A stretch of DNA of 64,000 bases from Chiloscyllium plagiosum (GCF_004010195.1 NC_057720.1:9806385-9870384); one strand, 5' to 3'. Positions 13,201 through 27,452 are shown, numbered from the stretch's first letter. Translations and numbers: made by a program. Notes: generated from the letters alone by a model not told the origin.

Positions 13201-14647
13201 GGATGGCCACTCACTTCTCCAGATGGTCCAATAGCTGACACAGTTCTTGGGAAAATCTCGACGCCTCTGGAGGAACTGGCATTGAGGACAGTACACACTG
13301 GGCCTTGTGTCCCTCCTCCACATGATGGGGTAGACCCTTCCTGATGCCAGCAGGTTGTCCATGTGGAGGCAGATGTTGGAGTTTGATGCTGGTCCTGGGT
13401 TTGCCAATGCCTTTGAGGCTCTTCCATTCCACTAGGAATTCTCTGCGTGCCAGCAATATCAATGATAACACCGACTGGAGCTGGATCTGTTCAGGAGGGG
13501 AACAGTGAAACCCATGTCAGAACCTAAACAGCTCCGCAGTGATCTGACTCTTCAGCAGCCACAGGATACACTAATAAGACTTCACCATAGGCCGAGTGGG
13601 ACATGGGTCTGGCAGCAGAGCCATGGGACACCTCAACATGGACCACTGACATATCATTCCTTATTCAGATGAATGCACCTCAAGCCAAGTCTCACTGGGA
13701 TATTAGAACTGCGGGAGGGATGCCTTCACTTTCCCCACCTACTGCCTCCCAAAATACCCGGTGGCTCAGTGGTTAGCACTGTTGCCTCACAGCGCCAGAG
13801 ACCCAGGCTCGATTCCAGCCTTAGGTGACTATATGCGGTTTTACATTCTCCCCGTGTCTGTGTGGGTTTTCTCCAGTGCTATGGTTTCCTCCCACAGTCC
13901 AAAGATATGTGGGTTATCCCTGGGAAATGCAGGGTTAGAGGTTAGGGGTCTGGGAGAGATGCTCTCTGGAGGGTCAGTGCAGACTTGATGGGCTGAATAG
14001 CCACTTCCTGCACTGAGGGAGATTCTATGAATTCTGGTCTTTATCACTTTGCTCAGATTAGCCCTTGCATTTTCTAATTAGAGCAATGACTACACAGCAA
14101 CAAATCCTTAACTGGCTGTAGAACGTTTTGAAACATCATGTGGTCATGAAGGATTCAATATAAACAGAAGATTTTAAAATGGAAATAGTCTTTTCAAATT
14201 GCCTGCTATGTTACCATGCATTGCAACAGAAACTATCTTTCAACAAGACCTCACTAACTTGTTGTGAGATTCTGAAGCCATGAAAGGCACTAGACAAATG
14301 CCTTTGTATTTCAGACCGATTTCTCATTGTATTCATCTCGCAGGGTCGAGTGGGAGGTGCTCGAGATGAAGACAGTAAGCATGCTGTTCCCTGTTGAGAG
14401 TTAGTAACAGGAGCATACCCTTCTTGTTTTGCAACCTGTGAATCAATAGCAGGGTCATAGGCCTGGCTCTGATATTATCAAAACATTAAACTCCAAAACA
14501 CATCTCCCTCGAGTCAAATTCTGTTTCTCCAGTCCTAAATTCTCATATAGTCTGAGGAGACGGACTCAGCCATTTAAGACTCATTCACGGAGAAATGTCT
14601 TCAGCCAGAGAATGGTAGTCCTTTGGAATTCTCTGCCACAGAAAAGG

Positions 14648-15995
14648 GCAAGATGTACATGTATTTGGAAAAGCAAGGACTGATTAGGGATAATCAACAT
14701 GGCTTTGTGCATGGGAAATCATGTCTCACAAACTTGATTGAGTTTTTTGAAGAAGTAACAAAGAGGATTGATGAGGGCAGAGTGGTAGATGTGATCTATA
14801 TGGACTTCAGTAAGGTGTTCGACAGGTTCACCACAAGAGACTGGTGAGCAAGGTTAGATCTCATGGAACACAGGGAGAACTAGCCATTTGGATACAGAAC
14901 TGACTCGAAGTTAGAAGACAGAGGGTGCTGGTGGAGGATTGTTTTTCAGACTGGAGGCCTGTGATCAATGGAGTGCCACAAGGATCGGTGCTGGGTCCAC
15001 TACTTTCCATCGTTTATATAAATGATTTGGATGTGAGCATAACAGGTATAGTTAGTAACTTTGCAGATGACACCAAAATTGGACAGTGTAGTGGACAGCA
15101 AAGAAGGTTACCTCAGATTACAATGGGATCTTGATCAGATGGGCCAATGGGCTGAGAAGTGGCAGATGTAGTTTAATTTAGATAAATACAAGATACTACA
15201 TTTTGAAAAAGCAAATCTTAGCAGGACTTATACACTTAATGGTAAGGTCCGAGGGAGTGTTGCTGAACAAAGAAACCTTGAATTGCAGGTTCATGACTAT
15301 TTGAAAATTGAGTCGCAGGTAGATAGGATAGTGAAGAAGGCATTTGGTATGCTTTCCTTTATTAGTCAGAGTATTGAGTACAGGAGATGGGAGGTCATGT
15401 TGCGGCTGTACAGGACATTGGTTAGGCCATTGATGGAATATTGCGTGCAATTCTGGTTTCCTTCCTATCGGAAAGATGTTGTGAAACTTGAAAGGGTTTT
15501 GAAAAGGTTAACAAGAACGTTGCCAGGGTTGGAGGATTTGAACTATAGGGAGAGGTTGAATTAGCTGGGACTGTCTTCCCTGTGGCATCGGAGGTTGATG
15601 GGTGACCTTATAGAGGTTTACAAAGTCATAAGGGGCATGGATAGGATAAATAGACAAGGTCTTTTCCCTGGGGTCGGGGAGTTCAGAACTAGAGGGCATA
15701 GGTTTAGAGTGAGAGAGGAAAGATATAAAAGAGACCTAAGGGCCAATGATTTCATGCAGAGGGTGGTGCGTGTGTGGAATGGGCTGCCAGAGGAAGTGGT
15801 GGAGGCTGGTACAATTGCAACATTTAAAAGGCATCTGGATGGGTATATAAATAGGAAGGGTTTGGAGGGATATGGGCCAGGTGCTGGCAGATGGGACGAG
15901 ATTGGGTTAGAATATCTGATCAGCATGGACCAGTTGGACTGAAGGTCTGTTTCCATGCTGTATATCTCTATGACTCTCTGACTCTATGACTGAGT
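14648..15995 (+). mobile_element. CR1 LINE RT to 3' end
   Basis: QHGFVHGKSCLTNLIEFFE, GVPQGSVLGP, NFADDTKIG and a ctctatgact tandem tail. Confidence 0.94.
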
Positions 15996-18282
15996 CCAAA
16001 TCATTGAACATTTTCAAGAAGGAGTTCGATGGTGTTCTTAGGGTGAGGGCAATCATAAGGCATGGGGAGAAAACAGTAATAGAATGTTGTGTTGGAAGAT
16101 TAGTAATGATTGTGGAATAGAAACCCGAAATGTGGAATCAGGCTACTCGGCCCATCAAGGCCAGTCTGACTCCCCAAAGAGCATTCTACTCAGAACCACC
16201 CCCTCCATGTAACCCTGCATTTGCCATGGCCAATCCACTCAACCTGCACATTTGTTTGACTATGGGAGGAAACCCACACATTCACGGGGAGAGCGTGCAA
16301 ACTTCACACAGCCAGCTGCCTGGGGGTAGAATTAAACTCATGTCCCTGGCACTGTGAGGCAGCTGTGCTAACCACTGGGCTACCGTGCCACCCTGACATT
16401 GGGATTGCAGGCTTTAGGGACTGCTGTTGCTCCCATTTCCTAAGTTGCTTTGATTATTATTGAGAATCATCATCTGGACAGTTTGTGTGATACTGCTATT
16501 TGAGGGAATATGAAACATCTGGTTGGTTAAATTCAATATTGCAAGCAATTCAACAAGTCCCACAATTACATAAGGTGGGAAACATGTTGAACCAACTGAA
16601 TTGTTATCAGTGGGATCAGAGGGCAACATGGTGAGTCAGTGGTCAATATAGTTGCCTCACAGCGCCAGGGATCCAGGTTCGATTCCAGCCTCAGGCAACT
16701 GTCTGTATGAAGTTTGTACATTCTCCCCTTGTCTGCATGGTTTCCTTTGGGTTGTCTAGATTTTACCCACATTCCAAAGGTGTGCAGATAGAAACATAGA
16801 AACGTAGAAAAATACAGCGCAGTACAGGCCCTTTGGCCCTCGATGTTGCGCCGATCCAAGCCCACCTGCCTACACTCGTCCACTATCCTCCATATGCCTA
16901 TCCAATGCCCGTTTAAATGCCCATAAAGAGGGAGAGTCCACCACTGCTACTGGCAGGGCATTCCATGAACTCACAACTTGCTGAGTAAAGATTAGGTGGA
17001 TTGGCCATGGATTGGCCATGCTAAATTACACATAATATTCAGGATGTGTAGATTAGGCACAGTAGCTACAGGAAATGCTGGGATAAGGGATGGATCTGGG
17101 TGGGATGCTCTTCAGAGAGTTGGTGTGGACTTGTTGGGCTGAATGGCCTGATTTCACAGTGTGGGGATTCTGTAAAAGGAATGTTGGATTTCCTATCCCA
17201 TCCTTTTTTTTCAGTCCTGATCTCTTAAATGCTTTTGAAGAGATGGTGTTTAATGTGAGCCAGATGCCTCATCCACATCTTTTCTGATGCTTTCACCTTG
17301 CATATGTCAGTTGGCAATTCACCAATGGTGGGTGATATTCATCTGAATATACCCCACATGGTGAGCTGTTGTCTTTGGGTTGTACTGCCTTAAGGCGCAG
17401 AATTAACCCTAACTTTCAAAAAGAATTTGATATGTATTTGGATGGAAAATTGTATGGGAGTATGGAAATAGAGTGGGGCAGTGGGACAAATTGGTTCGTA
17501 CTTTCAAACAGCCAGCACAGAGACAATGAGCCAAATGGCCTCATTCTGAAATGCATCTTTTTAAAAATGCATTCATTTGTTGAATGTCACAGCATTTATT
17601 GTCTGTCCTAGCTGCCCCTTGAAAAGGTGGCGGAGAGCTACTTTCTTGAACTGTTGCAGTCCATCTGCTGTGGGTTGGCCCTGAGGGAGGGAATTCCAGG
17701 ATTCTGTTCCATGAAGGAACAACAATATGTTTCCAACATTCTGACTGATGGATATGACCCAAACAGCAAAATGTAGATCAAGACCAGCTTGTATTGTTCA
17801 CTTATTTTCAGTACTGTGATTAAATGTCGGGGGATAGAACAAGGTCATTTAGCCCATCATGACTTCATCAAATGAAGTCCGTTGCCAATCTCCTGATGAT
17901 TTCCCCCTACCTTTGCAGCTCACTCCTGTCCAAATATTCATAAAATACCCTCTTGAATGGGAAAATGTTATACTAAGTGTGAGAACAAATGTTGGAAAAC
18001 CTTCATTATATGATAACTTCATTGTCCACAGTGTTCCTTCATCACAACATCAAATGGAAGCTCTGTTCTGCAATATAATTAGCAGCAAAATTCCCTTTGC
18101 ATCCGGTTTTCCACTGATCAGTACCTGAATATCATTCCAAGGGGAAAATCATTGCCTGTTATGCTGGAAGGGGAGAAGAGAAAAGTGTTTTCTAATTTGT
18201 ATATGTTTCTCTCATGTGCATTTTGTACGGAAAAAGCAAAAGTTTTACAATGTTAAAACCATTGACTCTTACTCCCTTGCAG

Positions 18283-18486
18283 GATGTCCTACATAATAAT
18301 ATCCTGACACGGATTACCCAGCTGGGGATTATTGTGTCCTTGATCTGTCTGTCAATGTGCATCTTTACCTTCTGCTTCTTCAGTGAGATTCAAAGTACGA
18401 GGACAACCATTCACAAGAATCTCTGTTTCAGCCTGTTTATTGCAGAGTTGCTGTTTCTTACTGGCATTAACATGAACAGTAATAAG
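18283..18486 (+). CDS. ADGRL4: ADGRL4 coding exon (TM1-TM2), 204 bp, phase 0-0
   Basis: ccttgcAG|GAT...AAG|GTaagg. [68 protein letters not shown]; the segments [11 protein letters not shown] and [17 protein letters not shown] point to ELTD1 rather than latrophilins 1-3. Confidence 0.97.
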
Positions 18487-19844
18487 GTAAGGAGTGCAAA
18501 TTAACACCCTCAGATATATTCAATCCACACACCCTCTCCACAAAAAGATGTTTTCAAATGGTCATTCAAAATCCACTTAGTTCCCATCTCCCCATCGTCA
18601 TACGTTATGAGTTCTCTGGGTTGCTGCATATGTTATTTATTTCACAGCAATGCAAGATTGTCTTTTTTTTCTCTAAGTACAAATAGTTTATTTGCAAAAC
18701 TTAAGAAAGTTAGAATGTATAAAAGTTCAGCACACTTATCCAGAAAATCCCAAGGGTTTGGTGGAATCTTTTTTTCTGAGTGGAAGCGGTCAATTATTTA
18801 CACTGCAGCCCCACCCACAGGATTAAGCAATCAAGCACAGTTATATTGATCAGTGAACAAGCCAGCTCAGTCAAATACAGGTCAATTGCTATTAATCACT
18901 TTGTTATGTAATGTAAGATGTCTCTCCACCCTCCTTGCATGATTAGATTCCCTACAGTGCGAAAACAGGCCCTTCAGCCCAACAAGTCCACACCAACCCT
19001 CCGAAAGATAACCCCCCCCAGGCCCATTTCCCTCTGACTGATGCACCTAACATTATGGACAATTTAGCATGACCAATTCAGCAGACCTGCACATCTTTGG
19101 GCTGCAGGAGAAACTGGAGCAAGCCCATGCAGACACAGGGAGAATGTGCAAATTCTACGCAGTCACCCAATTTAATCTGGGTCCCTAGCACTGTGAGGCA
19201 GCAGTGCTGACCACTGAGCCACCATGCTGCCCTAATCCTGGACAGTTTGTATTGCCCTAAAGGTGCTTTGCACATAATTTAATCTTTCAGAACACACATG
19301 TTTTACAAGTTGTGGTTAATAAATCAAAAAAAAGAGGTGATTTAATGATGAAGATAAAATTGTTCAATTCAGTATAAGAATACTTCCAATGTATTAAAAA
19401 AAAAGATGCTTTGAGGTGGAGCTCTTGTGGCTTCGTGGTATGTCACTACCTCTAGACCAGGAGGCCCAGGTTCAAGTCCCACCTCATCCAGAGGTGTGTT
19501 GTAAAATATCTGAATAGGTTGATGAAATATTTCTAATCAACCTATCCAGAGGTGTTATTGAATACCTCTGGAGCAAATGGCTTGAATCCATGTCTCCTGG
19601 CTCAGAGACTAGGACACTACTACTGCATCAGAAGAATCCTTGAATAGATTGATTACAATAACTGCCCAGATGTGCATCAGATGCCCTGTGCTATGAGGCT
19701 AGTGGAACATTGTCTCTAATTGCATTATCAGCTCTGGTCTGATAAAGAAGACCATTGAGGGCCTTGTTTTATAGTGGTAGTGTCTCCACCTCCGGAACAG
19801 GAGGCCTGGCTTCAAGTTCCACATGCTTCAGCAATGTGTAATTG

Positions 19845-21487
19845 AGAAACATAGAAGATAGGAGCAGGAGGAGGCCATTCAGCTCTTTGAACCTGCTCCA
19901 CCATTCAATACAGCCATGGCTGATCATCCAACTCAATAGCCTAATCCTGCTTTGTCCCCATAACCTTTGATCCCATTCGCCCCAAGTGCTATTTTTAGCC
20001 GCCCCTTGAATACATTCAATGTTTTGGCATCAACTGCTTCCTGTGGTAATGAATTCCAAAGGCTCACCACTCTTTGGGTGAAGAAATATCTCCTCATCTC
20101 TGTCCTAAATGATCCACTCTGAATCCTCAGACTGTGACCCCGGTTCTGGATGCACCTACCTTCAGTGTAGGAGTTGGGAGGTCATGTTGTGGCTGCACAG
20201 GATGTTGGTTAGGCCACTGTTGGAATATTGCGTGCAATTCTGGTCTCCTTCCTATCGGAAAGATATTGTCAAACTTGTAAGGGTTCAGAAAAGATTTACA
20301 AGCATCTTGCTAGAGTTAGAGGATTTGAGCTATAGGGAGAGGCTGAACAGGCTGGGGCTGTTTATCCTGGAGGGTCGAAGGCTGAGGGGTGACCTTATAG
20401 AGGTTTGTAAAAGCATAAGGGGCATAGATAAGATAAATAGAGTAAGTCTTTTCCCTGGCATGGGGGAGTCCAGAACTCGAGGGCATAGGTTTAAGGTGAG
20501 AGGGGAAAGATATAAAAGGGTCCGAAGGGGCAACTTTTTCACGCAGAGGGTGATATGTGTATGGAGTGAGCTGCCAGAGGAAGTGGTGGAGGCTGGTAAA
20601 ACTACAGCATTTAAAATGCATCTGGATGGGTATATGAATAGGAAGGGTTTGGAGGGATATGGGCCAGGTGCTGGCAAATGGGACTGGATTAGGTTGGGAT
20701 ACCTGGTCGGCATGGGCAAATTGGACCGAAGGGTCTGTTTCCGTGCTGTACATCTCTACGACTCAGTGACTGTAAGTAATTCCACTTCATCTCTCTTTTA
20801 AATCCAAAAACTATGATCTCTCATTCTAGATTGCCCCACAAGGGGAAACATCAACTCAGCATTTACTCTGTCAATCTCCATTAGCATTTTATATGCCTCA
20901 ATTAGATCATTTCTCTAAATCTTCTAAATTCCTGTGAGTATAAGGTTCAATGCTCAATCCCTCCTCATGAGAGAAGGCTTTCATGTCTGGAATTAAACTG
21001 AACTGCCTCCAATACAATTACATCCATCCTCAAATAAGGAAACCAAAACTGTACACAGTTTTCCAGATGGGGTCTCACCAATGTCTTAAACAACACTTTT
21101 GCAACAATTACAACAACACTTCCCTACTTTTATACAACATTCCATCAGCAATAAATGTCAAAATCCGATTTCCCCTCCTTATTGCCAGCTGGACATGCAG
21201 ACTGACTTTTTGCAACTCATCAACAAAGATATCCACTGAAATGTTTTGAAGTTTTTCTCCATTCAGATAATAAGTTGCTTTTACACTCTTCTGACCAAAG
21301 TGGATAACTTCACACTTATCCATGTTAGATTTCATCTGGCAAACATTGGTCCATTCACCTGACTTGTCCATGTTATTTATTAATTCTTTATTTCTTTGTT
21401 GCAATTTATATTCCCATCTATATTAGTGTCACCTGGAAATTTGGCTACAGTATATTCTATCCCTGAATCCAAGTCATTAATATCGAT
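19845..21487. mobile_element. Minus-strand CR1 interrupted by a plus-strand CR1 3' fragment (about 20160-20772)
   Basis: ORF 20109-20801 ([15 protein letters not shown]...NFFTQRV) on +; KCEVIHFG on - at 21108-21404 and a CR1 3' UTR on - at 19845-20150. Confidence 0.85.
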
Positions 21488-21550
21488 CACTTCTAGTACA
21501 CTCACAGAATAAAATCCCTACAGTGTGGAAACAGGCCATTTGGCCCAACT

Positions 21551-21866
21551 GGGCAGCACGGTGGCACAGTGGTTAGCACTGCTGCCTCACAGCACCATGG
21601 ACCCAGGTTCGATTCCAGCCTCGGGCGACTGACAGTGTGGAGTTTGCACGTTCTCCCCTGTGTCTGAGTGGGTTTCCTCCGGGTGCTTTGGTTTCCTCCC
21701 ACAGTCCAAAGATGTGCAGGTTAGGTGAATTGACTGTGCTAAATTGCCCACAGTATTAGGTGCACTTGTCAGAGGGAAATGGGTCTGGATGCGTTACTCT
21801 TGAGAGGATTGGTGTGGACTTATTGGGCTGAAGGGCTTGTTTCTACACTGTAGGGAATCTAATCAA
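21551..21866 (+). mobile_element. HE1-type SINE nested in an opposite-strand SINE (about 21505-22140)
   Basis: The outer element's ggcccaac|aagtccacacc is split by a full-length gggcagcacggtggcacag...aatctaatcaa copy. Confidence 0.9.
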
Positions 21867-23759
21867 AACAAGTCCACACCAGCCCTCCAAAGAATAACCC
21901 ACCCAAACCCATTCCCCATTACTCTACTTTTGCCCCTAACTAATGAACCCAGCCTATGCAGCCCTGAACACTTATGGGCAATTTAGCATGGCCAATTCAC
22001 CTGACCTGCCCCTGCTGGGATTGTGGGAGGAAACCCACACAGACACGGGGAGAATGTGCAAACTCCACACAGACAGTCGCCCGAGGTTGGAAACGAACCC
22101 GTTCCTTGACGCTGTGAGGTAGCAGTGCTAACCATTGTGACTGATTGACCATCCTAAATCGGTTGGTAGCATAATGTTTCACACACTCAGGATAAGCTAG
22201 AAAGTAACTCTCCAACTACAGAATTATATATAATGTTGGACACTTTGTGTCTCCCACAAACCTACCTTCACTGGTCAGTGCACATGTAGGGATTTCTACA
22301 GTTCCACACATTCCTTTATCAACAATCCTGTAAACACAGCCTGAGCCAAATTTATCATTATGCAAGTTTGATGATGAAATAGAATGCATCCTCGTGATAA
22401 TGGCTACCCATGTCAGAATTACTGGCCTGTATTGTATGCAACATGGCAGTTAATTGTCAATCATCATTAACTAGTGTACTATCTATGGAAATGCCTCAAC
22501 TGATTAGAGTTCATTTGTAATCAGCATTCTCCTCTCATGGAGTATTAGTGTTGGCTTTCCTCTTTCTTTGTATTCTTGTGATTTGTCCTGATGAATGCAA
22601 GACAAAAAACTTTGATAAAATGTGTCACTGGTCTGTAATATTCCAGTGTGTACCACCAAACATTTAGACTTCTAGATATTAAAAACATCAAGGGGCAAGA
22701 AAAGAGTGTGGGCAATGGATTTGAGGTCAAAGATCAGCCACAGTCACATTAAATGGACCCTTCATGGGATCTGACCATCACTGGCAAGGCCAACATTTAT
22801 CACAACACTTGTTGAACTGAATGGCTTGCTTGGCTATTTCAGAGGGCAGTTAAGTACGAATTGCATTACTGTGGGTCTGCATCCTAATAAAGATGGCAGC
22901 TTTTCTTTATTGAATGGCAAAACAATTGGATAGGCATTCATGGAGCGCTTTTGAGGCCAAAGTATTGTATGCTTTGAAGGAGTTCTTATGGCTAAAGAGA
23001 TGGGGATCAAGCAGGAACAGGATCCTGAATTGGATGATCAGCCATGTTCATACTAGATGATGAAGCAGGTTCAAAGGTCTGACTGCCCTACTCCTGTTCC
23101 TACCTTCTAAACAATAGTTGTCAATTGTAGGCATGGTCATATTGCTCTTTTTTCAAAACAAATATAGATGTTTTATTAATTTCATAGAATCTCTACAGCG
23201 TGGAAACAGGACCTTCAGCCCAACAAGCCCATACCAACCCTCCGAAGAGTAATCCACCCAGACCCATTCCCCTATGCTCCTAGCCTACACATCCTTGAAC
23301 ACAATGGGTAATTCAGCATGGCCAAGTCACCAAGCCTGCACATCTTTGGATTGTGGGAGGCCACCCAGAGCAGCTGGAGGAAACCTACACAGATATGGGG
23401 AGAATGTGCAAACTCCATACAGGCAGTCGTCCAAGGCTGGAATCAAACCCGGGTCCCTGGTGAGGCAGCAGTGCTAACCACTGGGTCACCATGCAAATTC
23501 TAGTAACTGTCATGCCCAGGCTTTGAATCCACTTTGCCAGAACATTAGGCTGGGCATACTGGTGCATTGACTTTACCACAACACCATCAGCTCTCTGTAG
23601 TTTTGCTCCTGCCTCCAATGTTCCTTATCTCACTTAAAACACCCTGAGATGTGCACAGGGTGCAAGTTGTCAAAATGCCACTGAGTCTTATTTTTCCAAT
23701 TGGCATCAAGATGAATAGACTATCCACTCGGGTGGTTGAGTGTGCGGGGGTGGGGGCGC

Positions 23760-24095
23760 GGGGGAGGCAATGGCCTTGTGATGTTATCACTGGACTGTTA
23801 ATCCAGGGACCCAGGCAATATTCTGGGGATCCAGGTTCAAATCTTACCACAGCTGATAGTGGAATTTGAATTCAATAAATATCTGGAATTAATAGTCTAA
23901 TGATGACTATTGTCGGGAAAAACCCATCTGATTCACTAATGCCCTTTAGGGAAGGAAATTGCCATCCTAACCTAGTCTGGCCTACATGTGACTCCAGACC
24001 CACAGCAATGTGGTTGACTCTTAAATCTGCGCAATTACGGACAGGCAATAAATGCTGACCCAGCCAGCGTTGCCCTCATCCCATGAATTAATAAA
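23760..24095 (+). mobile_element. Second tRNA-headed SINE family
   Basis: tggccttgtg...ggttcaaatc head and gtgactccagacccacagcaatgtggttgact body. Related copies at about 50450-50745(+), 54900-55180(+), 57430-57750(-) and 60610-60840(-). Confidence 0.65.
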
Positions 24096-24443
24096 ACAAA
24101 ACTTGCCTGATCTGAGAATGCTTGGAGTTGACAACACGGAGTCCAAAACCGAGCAAAACAATTGTCAGTTCCCCGGAATTAGCAATCCCCAGTTAGCTGA
24201 GTGCACCATGTATTAAAGAGGTAGAGTTTGCAACTGATGGAGGTCAAGACAAAATTGCATTAAAACTTACATAATTCATCATTGGCGTGTCATTCAGCAA
24301 AGCAGTGGGAGTTTGAGATTGCATTTTTACATGACACAACTAAGTTCCAAGGTTATTTGTTTTTTAAGCAGACAAAGCAGTCTCATGACTTTGATCCATG
24401 ACCTTTCCTTCAGGTATTTTGTGTCTTTACCTCCACCCTCTAG

Positions 24444-24664
24444 CTTGTCTGCTCCATTGTAGCTGGACTGCTGCATTACTTTTTCCTGGCCGCCTTTGCC
24501 TGGATGTGCATTGAGGGCATTCACCTTTACCTGATTGTGGTCGGAGTCATTTACAACAAAGGGTTTCTGCACAGGAATTTCTACATCTTCGGATATGGCA
24601 GCCCTTCCGTCGTCGTGGGAATCTCGGCAATTCTTGGCTATAAATACTACGGCACGGATAAAGT
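24444..24664 (+). CDS. ADGRL4: ADGRL4 coding exon (TM3-TM4), 221 bp, phase 0-2
   Basis: ccctctAG|CTT...AAAGT|GTaagt. [73 protein letters not shown](V). Confidence 0.97.
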
Positions 24665-26239
24665 GTAAGTACCTGACTCGAAGTGCCTCAAGAGCACTAA
24701 CTTGGATGTAGAGAGCATCTTTCACATGGTTAAAACCGTAGTGTTTGGAACAAGGTCAACCAGGGGAACCTCATGGAATATGAGTTCCCTGATTAGGACT
24801 GTCAGCCTAGTCCAATCAGGGAGCCCTGGCTGACAGATGGGTGGGGGGGGGGGCACAGCTCAATGGTTCAGTGGTCAGCACTGCTGCCTAACAGCCACCA
24901 GGGTCCCAGGTTCGATTCCAGCCTCAGGTGAATGTCTGTGTGGAGTTTGCACATTCTCCCCATGTCTGCGTGGGTTTCCTCCCAGAATGTCCAAAGGTGT
25001 GCAGTTCAGGTGAATTGGCCATGCTAAATTGCCCATAGTGTCAGGTGCATTAGTCAGAGGGAAGTAAGTCTGGGTGGGTTACTCTTCAGAGGGTCGATGT
25101 GGACTTGTTGGGCCGAAGGGCCTGTTTCCACACTGTAAGCAATCTAATCATAAACAGGAGTGTCCAGTTATGTTAGAGCCCGGGTGTCTCTGGAGAAGGA
25201 GCACTCGGTGTCCACCAACACCCTTGAGCTGTGCACCTTGTGTCTCTCACTATGTCTCAACATGGGAGCTGGGGAAAAAAAATAACAAAAACAAAAGAAG
25301 AAAAATCAAATGGACTGCAGCAGTTCAAGAAAACAGATCCTGACTAATTTCTCAAGGGCAACTAGGATAAGCAATAAATACTGGGCCAGCCAGCAATGCC
25401 CATGTTGCATGAATAAATAAAAGAAAAGAAAATCTATATCAAGCTGTAAGATTTTCTGCCTGTATCAATCATGAATGAGTGTGTATGTGTTTGAGCCTTT
25501 TGATTGGTTACATTGCGTAGTAGCAGATCAGAAACCCTTTCTTTTCTCTTCCAATTATTAAAGGTAAGTATAGTCCAAAAAATAGCATTCCTCAAGTTGA
25601 AACCTGATATGAAATGCTTTTGGTCTGAATGGCAGGCAGTCAGGGAAACTGATCATCCTGGTCACCACATTGGGATTTTTTGCATTTGGGACTGTGAGGA
25701 AAAGTGGGATATGATTATTGATGTACTCTTCCTAATTAAGTTGTAGCAATCTATGGTGATGAATTCCTGGATAATCCTCTGTGTCACTCAAAAAGTGACC
25801 ATTCCTCATGTAGTGGGGTTTAGATGCTGGTGGGCAAATTCCACATGATGAGCGTCACTGGCCAGTCAAATCTTACAATTCCCACAACACATACACTTTC
25901 CAGACAGGATATTGGTGAGAAGTTGGGATTTTATTTGGCTTTTGCCTTCTGTGCCCAGAGGCAATGAAATGAATCTCAGTGCTACTCCATCTAGAACTGT
26001 GAATGATATGTTGGATGTTCCTATTTGTATTGCTCAGCCAGTCCCTGCCACATTACAACATAAATAGGGGAAAAGTGACCATTTGGCTGATTCTAACCGT
26101 ATCACATAGAAAGATGTACAGCCCTTTTAACCACACAATTCAATTCTTTTGTCAATTGATTTTTAAGTTGTCAGAGTCAACAAAAAATTTGCATTTATAC
26201 AGTAAAATGAAACAAAAAACTGTGGGACATTGGATACAG

Positions 26240-27220
26240 AGTCATAGAGTCAGTGAGTCATAGAGATGTACAGCACTGAAACAGACCCTTTGGTCCAACC
26301 CGTCCATGCCGACCAGATATCCCAACCCAATCTAGTCCCACCTGCCAGCACACAGCTCATATCCCTCCAAATCCTTCCTATCCATATACCTATCCAGATG
26401 CCTTTTAAATGTTGCAATTGTACCAGCCTCCATCACATCCTCTGGCAGCTCATTCCATACACGTACCACCCACTGCGTGAAAAAGTTGCCCCTTAGGTCT
26501 CTTTTATATATTTCCCCTCTCACCCTAAACCTACGCCCTCTAGTTCTGGACTCCCCTACCCCAGGGAAAAGACTTTCTCTATTACTCCTATCCATGCCCC
26601 TTATGCTTTTACAAACCTCTGTAAGCCTCCGACACTCCAGCCCCAGAAAACAGCCCCAACTTATTCAGCCTCTCCCTGTAGCTCAAATCCTCCAACCCTG
26701 GCAACATCCTTGTAAATCTTTTCTGAACCCTTTTCTCACAGCATATTTCCAATAGGAAGGAGACCAGAATTGCAGGCAATATTCCAAAAGTGGTCCATCC
26801 AACATCCTGTACAGCCGCAACATGACCTCCCAACTCCTGTACTCAATACTCTGACCAATAAAGGAAAGCATATCAAACACCTTCTTCACTATCCTATCTA
26901 CCTGCAGCTTTACTTTCAAGGAGCTATGAACCTGCACTCCAAGGTCTCTTTGTTCAGCAACACTCCCTGGGACCTTACCATTAAGTGTATAAGTCCTGCT
27001 AAGATTTGCTTTCCCAAAGTGCAGCACTTTGCTTTTATCTAAATTAAACTACATCTGCCACTCCTCAACACATTGGCCCATCTGGTCAAGACCCTGTTGC
27101 AATCTGAGGTAACCTTCTTTGCTGTCCACAACATCTCCAATTTTGGTGTCTTCTACAAACTCAGTAATTATATCTCCTATGCTCACATCCAAATCATTTA
27201 TATAAATGATGAAAAATAGT
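26240..27220 (-). mobile_element. CR1 LINE 3' fragment
   Basis: LHFGKANLSRTYTLNG, EQRDLGVQVH and GNFFTQWVVRVWNELP; gagtcataga tail. Confidence 0.93.
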
Positions 27221-27229
27221 CAACCCATA

Positions 27230-27452
27230 TCTGAAACGTAAACAGAAATTGCTGGAGAAACTCAGCAGGTCCGGCAGCATCTGTGGAGAGAGACACTGAG
27301 TTAGGGTTTCAAGTCCGGTTTGACTTTTTTTTTAGAAATGAAGAATTTCCGAAGCAGTTCTGATGAAGTGTCACTGGACTCAAAAACATTAACTCTGTTC
27401 CTCTCTCCACAGATGTCACTCAAGTTTCTGAGTTTCTCTTGCCATTTCTGTT
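27230..27452. repeat. Second Penelope-derived inverted-repeat family
   Basis: aacagaaattgctggagaaactcagc...ctgagtttctcttgccatttctgttt with an internal CTGATGA motif; related copies at 31733-31826 and 62690-62862. Confidence 0.6.

Noticed and set aside
20109..20801. 230-aa ORF (and 2473-2955, 3143-3736) as host genes
   Set aside because: They are CR1 ORF2 fragments repeated many times in the window, truncated and interrupted.
18283..24664. Assignment to latrophilin ADGRL1-3 or ADGRE
   Set aside because: [39 protein letters not shown] and KPEVSC(Y/F)ENIR match ELTD1 as recalled rather than the paralogues.
24327..24725. 132-aa minus-strand ORF as an antisense gene (also 409-624 and 8037-8310)
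   Set aside because: These are shadow ORFs opposite true ADGRL4 exons with no independent motifs.
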